Below, piece by piece: positions 55,360-64,000 of a stretch of DNA of 64,000 bases. The stretch lies in assembly GCA_951406725.2 (NCBI GenBank), contig OX597836.1:50406001-50470000 (forward strand). The letters run 5' to 3'. The translations under genes and the position numbers were made by a program. Positions within the stretch are counted from its first letter, which is position 1; every line of letters starts with the position of its first letter. The notes under the pieces were generated by a model that saw nothing but the letters and a program-made list of their open reading frames with translations, ran no database searches and was not told where the DNA came from. Source of the stretch: Octopus vulgaris. Its lineage: Eukaryota.

Positions 55360-55640
55360 GTCAAAGAGTTTTTCGCCAACCCCTGAAGGGTTGGCAAAAG
55401 CGATGTGGTGGGCAACGAAAAACCTGGCTGATGACAGTCAAGGCTGATCTGGAACCCAACCTAGCCCCCACCCATATCTATGGCATTCGCCGCTAGAATA
55501 AGGAGTGGTTGGAGATCACACGGTCGTTAGCCTCAAATCGCCAGGCCTGGTCGGCATTTGTGAGAGATGCAGCATTGAGGATGAATGAAGCCAGCTCAAC
55601 CCACCCCAGGTGAATGCTGCAAGAAGAGAAGTCAAAGAGT
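55360..55640 (+). mobile_element. RTE-type LINE 3' remnant
   Basis: RVFRQPLKGWQKRCGGQRKTWLMTVKADLE. Confidence 0.6.
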
Positions 55641-58600
55641 GCTCCACTAGGTTTAGAAAATGCCCAACGCATGTTACGACTACAAGGTTAACACCTTCAT
55701 CAATAATTGAAGTTGTTCCAGTCATGACCCTTCCAACATTTTATTTAAGCATTGTATCCAAGACTCCAATGTTCGTTGCATCTATTAAGATGATTATGCA
55801 GGATGTAATTCGAGGGTGATTTTCTACTATTTCTATGAACAGATGTCATGGAAACAGCTGATGGAGCAGCCAAGAGCCATACCTGAAATCACTTACCCAC
55901 GAATAGACAAAATAGTCTTGATATATCTAATTAGTATTTTAATTAAACATCTTACTGTTGATGTTCAGCTCCCCAGGCACAATCTATCTAAGACTACACT
56001 ATCAAACAGATCCCTTTTCTAAGATGGCAGACTGTGATTTGAGGAATTGGTTATTTCCAGTAGGTCAAACAACCACCTAGAAGCTTCTTCATTGAATAGC
56101 AAGATTTGATTTTTGTTTAGCCATCATCAAAAGAAACGTGGCACACATAAATAGCAATCTTTATTATTGAGTTTCAGGAGACCACTGCTGAGACGCTTCC
56201 ACAATATAAGAAAAACCGTTAGAAAACCAATTATAGCAGTAACTCCATCTAAGAATATTATTCCAAAATATCATATCAGACCGTGGATGACTAAATTACA
56301 ACAGGTATACTCAGCCCATTGTCTGTATTGTTGTACCATTCAAATCTTTTTATTCTTTACAAACAATACACTATGCTTCAAGCGAACTACAACACTCTCC
56401 TATTATTATTATTATTATTATTATAATAGAAGGCAGCGAGCTGGCAGAATCATTAGCACATGGGAGGAAACGCTTAGCAGTGTTTCAGTATGTTCAGTTC
56501 AAATACTGCCATGGTTGACTTAGCCATTCATCCTTTTGAGGTCAATAAATTAAGTAGCAGTGAAACACTGGGGTCAATAACTGACTTGTCCCCTAGCCCC
56601 AAATTTCAGGCCTTGAGGCTATAGTAGAAAGGATTATTATTAAATCCATTTATTTAATGTGGAATTGTTTTTGTTGGGTTATTTGAACAGCCACAGCCCT
56701 TCTTAAAAAAAAAAAAAAAGGGGGGGGGGGGCAAAAGGGGTTGTCTTGGCTAACCAGGATTCAGCTTAAGAAAGAAAAAAAAAAAAAAAAAAAAAAAAAA
56801 TCGAGGGATGAGGTATTTGGCTACTGAGCTGATTAGGTTTTAAACTGCATTGGTGCATTTGATTTCCCAAGAAATGTACCCAACCTTTATAACCAAGCAT
56901 ACCTTCAACATTGTCCCTGTTAACAGGGGTCACCGGATCTACCTCAATGCCTTAGCAACCGCCCTCACATCACCTTAACCGTTTTGGGTGTCCTCCTTTC
57001 TCAAGCCAACCCTCCCAATCTCCTCCACATTTTCCTCGGTCTACCTTGCTTTCGCTGTACATTTACCGCAAACTCTAGCACCCTCCCCATCCCATTCGCC
57101 CTTGCTAGCCATTCCACTGGTTCCTCCAACCTCAGCATCCCAATCAAGTCCTCTTATCAAACAGCCTCACCCCACACATTTCTCTCTCAAACAACTCTTA
57201 TAGACCTTTCCTTTCATCTCCAACAAGAACCTTTTTCCATATAACAACACTCCACATCCCCTGAACTTCACCCAGCCAAGTGTTGCTGTCACATGCACCC
57301 TATCTCCCAAATAACAGAACCAGCTCACTGTTTTCACTAACTAAATACATGTATATACACACACACCCCCTGATTAGACAGGAGACTGGGGCCAATTATA
57401 GCAGGTCATGCAACTATTGAGAAAAATGGCAATTGACGTTGGAATTGAACAAAGACCTCTCTAAATGCTATGAAAAGCAAAATGGAAATCCTTTGATTGG
57501 TTCCATGAAACAACGAAGAGTTACTGGGAGCTGAAATAATTAACTCTTCAATGCCAAACAGTTCAACCAACAATCAATGTTTGGAGAGAAGAAGAAAAAT
57601 TGGCCAAAGTCCCAAACAAGCATTCAAGTTGCAGAGAAATGGAAATCAAATCAGACAAACAAATTCTCCTGAGAAGACATCAAACAACAGGCAAGCAGAT
57701 AAAAAACAGAACACTAAAAACCACCCAATCACCATTATTAGAGAAAGAAGTGTAACTAATTAGGAACAAACGATAACGGGTGAAGAATATAAATAGCTGG
57801 AAGGACAGTTACCTTTTACTTACATCAGACTGTGGCCATGATGGGGCACCACCTTGAAAGGTTTTAGTTGAACAAATTGACTCCAGTACTTAAGTTTGGT
57901 ACTTATTTTAAGGGTGTCTTCAGCCAAATTGCTAAGTTACAGGGATATAAACAAACCAACAGTGGTTAAGTGGGAGTAGAGGAAAAACATCCCCCTCCCA
58001 CACATTTCCCTTCTACCAAATTCATTCACAAGGCATTAGTCGACCCAGGGTTGTAAGATACTTTCCATGCAGTGAAATTGAACCCAAAACCATGAAATTG
58101 AAAAGCAAACTTAACGAGGCAACCACCAGAAATTAATTACATTAGATAACAATTATCCACAGAAATCAAAAGAAAACCTATCAACCAGATGCTGTCACCC
58201 ATGATGGAGCAATTAGAAGAAATCAAGAAATCCAGCTTATGGACCCTGAATGTTCTGCTTATATTGTGCTGTGATTGCTAACCCCAAACATATTGGTAAA
58301 TAATAGAGATCAATCCTAAAGAGGGAAAGACAAAAACCCAATTAAATTGAATGACTTCCAAACAAATATCAGAGAAAAAAAAAAAAATTTCTATCAAGTT
58401 TGAAGGGAAAAATAAATTCACAAATCAGCCATGACCTTATGATGGATTACCTAAAGTTAAAAGAGAAGTGTCAACAAGAATCTCTAAAGGGAACATTAAT
58501 CAGTCCTAAAAAAAGACTGCAAGCTTTAAATGAAAGGTTTTGCTTGCTTAAAATATTACTATGTTACATGAAACCGACAGGCAGTACATAAAATCATGAA

Positions 58601-58699
58601 AGGTTGTGAAAATTGGTCATTAGCAGGATTTGGGGAGAAGGACCAGGAATATAAGCAATACAACAGTGATGCAAACAACATGGTTAGATGAACAACTGA

Positions 58700-59110
58700 G
58701 TTAGCACTGGGCAAACATCTCTCCTAAAATGTAACAATGAAAGCCAACATCTCGCTGAAGACCAAGATCCATCTTTTCCACTTGTTGGTTCTGCCTGTCC
58801 ACCTCTACAGCACCGAGACCTGGACCATCATCAAGGGGTTCCGAATGCAGCGTCTTCGTCAGATCCATGGTGTCTCTACGTGACTGAATCTCATGCAACA
58901 TCTGAGAACAATGCCAGAGACAGCAGAGGCTAGAGTGGTTTGGCCACATCTGCAGCATGAACAGCAAAAGACTACCACACCAATTTTTGTGGCAGCAGCG
59001 ACCCACACACTGGAGAATCCAGTGTACCAAACCAAAGACGACATGGATGAAACAAAATGAGGAAGATCTGAAGACACAGAATCTTGACCATGTTAAGGCT
59101 ATGGATCAGA
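58700..59110 (+). mobile_element. RTE-type LINE 3' remnant
   Basis: RQQRLEWFGHICSMNSKRLPHQFLW...PKTTW. Confidence 0.6.
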
Positions 59111-61179
59111 AAGTGAGGAATAACATCACTAGAATCTATCATCCAATGGCACCCACAGTAGCGTATTGGTTGAGAGGACAGCTTCCCCATCAGTCGCCAG
59201 CAAGGGATTGAAGAATAAAATTGGGTTATTGGAAAATTATCAAGGGTCACCTGGGGGAGAGCCAATATTGCTATACAAAGCTCACACATACCATTTTAAC
59301 TTTCACTTTTCCATGGGTCAGATGAAATTCTTAAACCTGTTTTTAAAAGAATAACAAACAGTGAGCTTGATGCGCCAGAGAGGCTGGCAGTTACATCTGC
59401 AGAAAATGCAGGAGGCTCAAAATGATGAGTGTGTAGCAGGTTTGAATGAGATGTGTAAGCTGTATACAAATTGCTTGAATACATCACTTCAGGATCATTG
59501 TGAAACAATGTAGAGACTAATGAACAGGCAATTAGGAAAGAAAAGAATCTGGGCTTGAGAACTGACCAGCTCATCAACAAAGGAGTCCTTCCATGATATC
59601 TGCGAAGTTTAAAAACAAAAGGGGGCTTGGCTGTTTCTTACTCCTGAATACTCCAGTCACTCCACCTGATCAAGATCCTTCCATCTATAATAAATGCCAT
59701 TAAGAGACTGACAACAGAATGGAACCAGAAAGATTCTACAACTTTTAAAGCCTGATAGATGCGAAGGTCTTGTCATAAGTCGGAAAAAAGGGAAACATTT
59801 ATGGAGAACTAACAAGAAATAACAGCTTGTATACGAGATCTTCGTTTGTACCTATTAGCCCAGGTGCATGGGGCTATGGAAAATAGATACGCATAAAAGC
59901 CTAGAAATGCTCAGGTTCCCCAAATAAGAACTGAAGAAACCAATTCTCTAGACAACTAATTAGAGGAATAGTAAAAATTTGAAAAACATTCTAGGAATTC
60001 TCTAGATCAACCTCAGTGTATAACTGGTACTTATTTCATTGACCCTGAAAGGATGAAAGGCAAAGTTGAACTCAGAATACAAAGAGAGAGGAAATACTGC
60101 TAAAACATTTTGTCTGGCATACCAACAATTCTGCCTTCATGTACATAGATAAGACACCTATTACAGGAGTGCAAAGTTAGCCACACAAGTAATTTAGATA
60201 AGAGGGTTGTGTTAGCTTGAACGAAAGAGCCTCACCACAAATGCAACATTCAAGACAGTCACTATAAAAAAAAACCTAATCATACATAAATATCTTCCAG
60301 TCATTTCATCAGGTTGAGCCAATAATACCTAAACATTTTTTCTCCCCTCCCCAATCCTTTCTGTCAAAGAGGGTAGGCTCGAAACATCAAAGACTTTTCC
60401 ATTCTTTCCAAGAATTAAACTAATACACCAGCTTGATCCTTCATTTACAGTAAACTTGAACTATACACATCATCGTTTAACTGTCCGTTGTCCATGCTAG
60501 CATGGTTTGGGCAGTTTGAAGAGCTGCACCACATCCATACACATCATGCTTTTAACATTCACTTATTTTCATCATGCTTGTATGGATCAGGGTGGTGTTC
60601 TTAACATCCAAGCCGTCCTTCTCCCAATGAAGGCCGACAAAGCAGCTAAATAGATTAATTGCCTTTTCAACAAACGGCCCTTATGAGGGCCACATTTTAC
60701 GTTTTGTTTTCTCCTGATTGTTGAATGCGATCGACTTATTTTCGAGGTATTTTTTTTTGCTTTGATAGTAGTTTAAAAAAATTTTGTCTGCACTTGATGT
60801 ATACCAAATATTTTTGAAATTTGAACATTTTCCATTATGTGCAAACTTTCTGGTTTCTACATACAGGGCTTCAATTCTTGTAGATTTTAAAATGTCTTTT
60901 GTTCCATGAAATTTTTACTTTTCAGCAACTGGACATATTGACGTGGCAGACTCTTGATAAAAATGTTTTCTTGTTTTAAAGCAAGACAACACCCCCTCCC
61001 TGCCACCAACTGGATATGTCTTCATGGAAGATTGGAAATAAGTGTCCTCATACAAGAAGTTGTTTCTAGTTTTCCAGGGACATGCATCATGAAATATTAG
61101 GGCATTCAAAAAGATAACTGCATTTTTTTCACCATCATGAAATATGAATCAACCAATCATGCGAGAGCCAAGGCTGAAT

Positions 61180-62030
61180 GGAGAAGAAGTGTCTAGAAAC
61201 AGCAGATCATCTCTTCTCTCTGGCAGTGAGTTGTTGATGGTTATTTCAGTAATTAACTGCATGGAGGATAAGAACTTTATGAAACAGCAGATTTGACATT
61301 GCTTACTGGATGAAATTCAAAAATAAAACAGAAGCAATGAAAAACATCCATGAAGTATATTTGGATGCATTGAAAGCTTGGTTTAAACGGCATATAGATG
61401 GCAATTGTGACACATCTGACAAGCCTCACTCTAGAAGACGACCTCAGATCAATGTGAAAGCTTCAAAGATTTGGCACAAAAATGTCATGTTCAACTTTCC
61501 ACAAACATCATAAGCTCGAGAACCAAACACAACATTTCACCATCAATAGTAAACTTCTAACCAAGAACAACCTGTCATTTCTGCAGCACATTGTTAGAGG
61601 TGATGAAAAATGGGTTTTGCATCACAACAGAAAACAAAAAAAGACAATGGTTATCACATGAGGCCAGTGCCAACACCAAAACTCCACCCACAAAAATCTT
61701 TGCTGCTCTGTGTTTGGTGGAACATGTAAGGACTGCCAACAGCTTGATCATGTAAATGAAAAATTATGTCAAAAATAGTCTCAGATTTGGTGAACAAGAA
61801 AAGCTGTTCTTCTCCAGCAAGAAAGGCATGGCTATACTCTTCAAAACAAACCTAAGTAAAAAGTAAGACTGTTTGGATGGGAAGTCCTTCCACATTCCCC
61901 ATACTCACCTGATTTAGAACCTTTCCATCTGTTCCAATCTCTAGAATATTTTATAAGAGACAAAGCATTCAGAAACAGAGAGGAAGTGGGGGGGGGGGGC
62001 ACCTTTCAGACAGTTTTCTGGCATAAAAAA
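61180..62030 (+). mobile_element. Decayed mariner transposase
   Basis: IVRGDEKWV and GWEVLPHSPYSPDLEP..HLFQSL fragments. Confidence 0.75.
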
Positions 62031-62413
62031 GTTACTTCCCTGTTGGGCTGCAGTCATTGAAAACCATGGAGATTACATTCGTTCTCATATGCTTTCTGGT
62101 GAAAGACAATAACTTTGTGAACACCCTAATAGCTGTGATTGACATTACTCATATGAAGGTGATGTCAAGACAAGGGCACACAATGATGAAGGTCTTTCAA
62201 TTTCCATCAACCAAATTCACTCACGAAGGGTCAGCCCTAGATTATAGCAGACAACACTTACTTGCTCAAAATGCCATACATCAGGATTGAACCAGAAACC
62301 ATGTATTTGGGAAGCAAACTATACAATCAAACCAACACCTATATTACATACACATCCAATATATAAAATTGAGACAGTATTAAATTAAAATAGTAATCTT
62401 TAGGTCATGTTTA

Positions 62414-62900
62414 ATGTATATATATCATTGAAAGGCAAATTGCTGCAGTAATTGCTTGAGATAACATCTCATATGGACAGTGTTTCTAAACTATATCACG
62501 AGATGAAAAATATCCTAGTCATGGCCAGCAAGAATGCCAGATGCATTTCAGTGCTGTCAATGACACTTTCACAACCAGCCATATGCCTAGATGTTGCCTC
62601 TGATAAAGGCAAACAGTGAATAAATGTTCACTGACAATAAAAACTTGCTATACGTAATAGAAGCAGTATCAAATTAAAATAGCCTACTTTGTGTCAATGT
62701 ATATACATCACTGAAAGGCAAGTTTACTGCAGTATTTGTCCAGAAATAACATCTCATATGGAAGTACTGTGTTAAAAAAACAAATATTGCCCCAGCAGTG
62801 GCTAACAAGAACATCAGATGCATTTCAGCACTGTTGGGCCCTGTCACTTGCCTCCAATACATAGGAAAACAGTGAATAAACATTCACTGATATTGCAAAT
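62414..62900. repeat. Diverged tandem duplication, ~280-bp period
   Basis: atgtatata..tgaaaggcaa..ataacatctcatatgga..cagatgcatttcag..aaacagtgaataaa occurs twice (starting near 62414 and 62697). Confidence 0.75.
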
Positions 62901-64000
62901 AGTTGCCAGGCTGAATAAAAATCCGTCACATGCAATTGAAGCATCATCATCATCATCGTTTAACTTCTGCTTTCCATGCTGGGCATGGGTTGGACGGTTT
63001 GACCGAGAACTGGTGAACCAGATGGTTGCACCAGGCTCCAATCTGATCTGGCAGAGTTTCTACAGCTGGATGCACTTCCTAATGCCAACCACTCCAAGAG
63101 TGTAGTGGGTGCTTTTTATTTATTCACATCATTTAAAATTAATCCTGCATCAACTTGTAGCTTCAAGATTTCAATGACACGATATTATTTTTGGAATGAC
63201 ATTGTGAGAGCCCAGTGGTAGCCAGTGTGAACATAAAAATAGGTAGAATATTTGGGCCGGACATGGCCTGGTTAAATGCTAAAGAGTTGGCAGAAACATT
63301 AGTGTTTCAGATAAAATGCTTCATAGCATTTGCTTCTGGCTCTTTACATTCTAAAATGGCCATCTCAGCACCAAACTTTTATACACCATAATTTAATGGC
63401 AGTTTTCCATGCTAGCACAAGTTGGACACACACACACACATTTTGTTCTGGTCATTTGCTATGCTGGGGCATCAGTCAAGCAAAGTGACCCCAGTACTTA
63501 TTTTCTTGGCCATTTGCCAAACAACCAACTTACAAGGAAATAAACAAACCAACATCAGATTGTGAATCAGCAGAGGACAAAGTCACATGTGTGTGTGTTT
63601 TTCTATTCTAGTCTCTGCATACCAAATTCACTCACAAAGCATTAGTTGGCCCAATGCTATTTCACAAATTAAAAAATTCATTTGGTCATCACTGAGACTA
63701 AGGATTCTGACATCATCACCAGCAAGATAAAACACAAAAACATTGGGGAAAGGATTTTTAAGAAGAAAACCAAAATAATTGCTTAGACAAATGACCAGAC
63801 AGAGAGAAGGGACTCTTGAAAAGTTTCATACAACACCAATAAAACAACCGGTCATCAGCTTTTCAATTTCACAAAACTTCGATGAAGAGCAAGCATGGCA
63901 GAATTGTTAGCCTGGTCATTTGCAAGGACAACTTGCTGACCTGTACTGGGTTATCACTAATTACTTTAGGTGCCTTTGCAATTGTGACAAACAAGGCCCA

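Overview
AT-rich, microsatellite- and SINE-dense animal genomic DNA. The repeat landscape resembles an octopus or other coleoid cephalopod; this is an inference, not something the sequence proves. One host gene can be assembled with confidence: a 4-exon, 446-aa divergent beta-tubulin on the minus strand (exons 23547-23491, 14573-14465, 9753-9398, 4494-3676), with GT-AG introns and a consistent reading frame. About 1.1 kb upstream of its ATG is a very young 6.3-kb head-to-head tandem-plus-inverted insertion of a Penelope-like retroelement (RT with C-terminal GIY-YIG, probably Hydra clade) in a (TA)n tract. It contains one intact 708-aa ORF and four copies of a non-canonical hammerhead-ribozyme-like motif. 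The next ~5 kb hold several unrelated fold-back structures: a branched 1-kb palindrome built from another PLE 3' end, a MITE, and a mariner relic with a young 174-bp fold-back. The rest is decayed HERO/R4/RTE/CR1 LINEs, Tc1/mariner/pogo elements, a non-autonomous Helitron, tRNA-derived SINEs, a 62-bp minisatellite and long microsatellites. Most entries in the ORF track are repeat artefacts.
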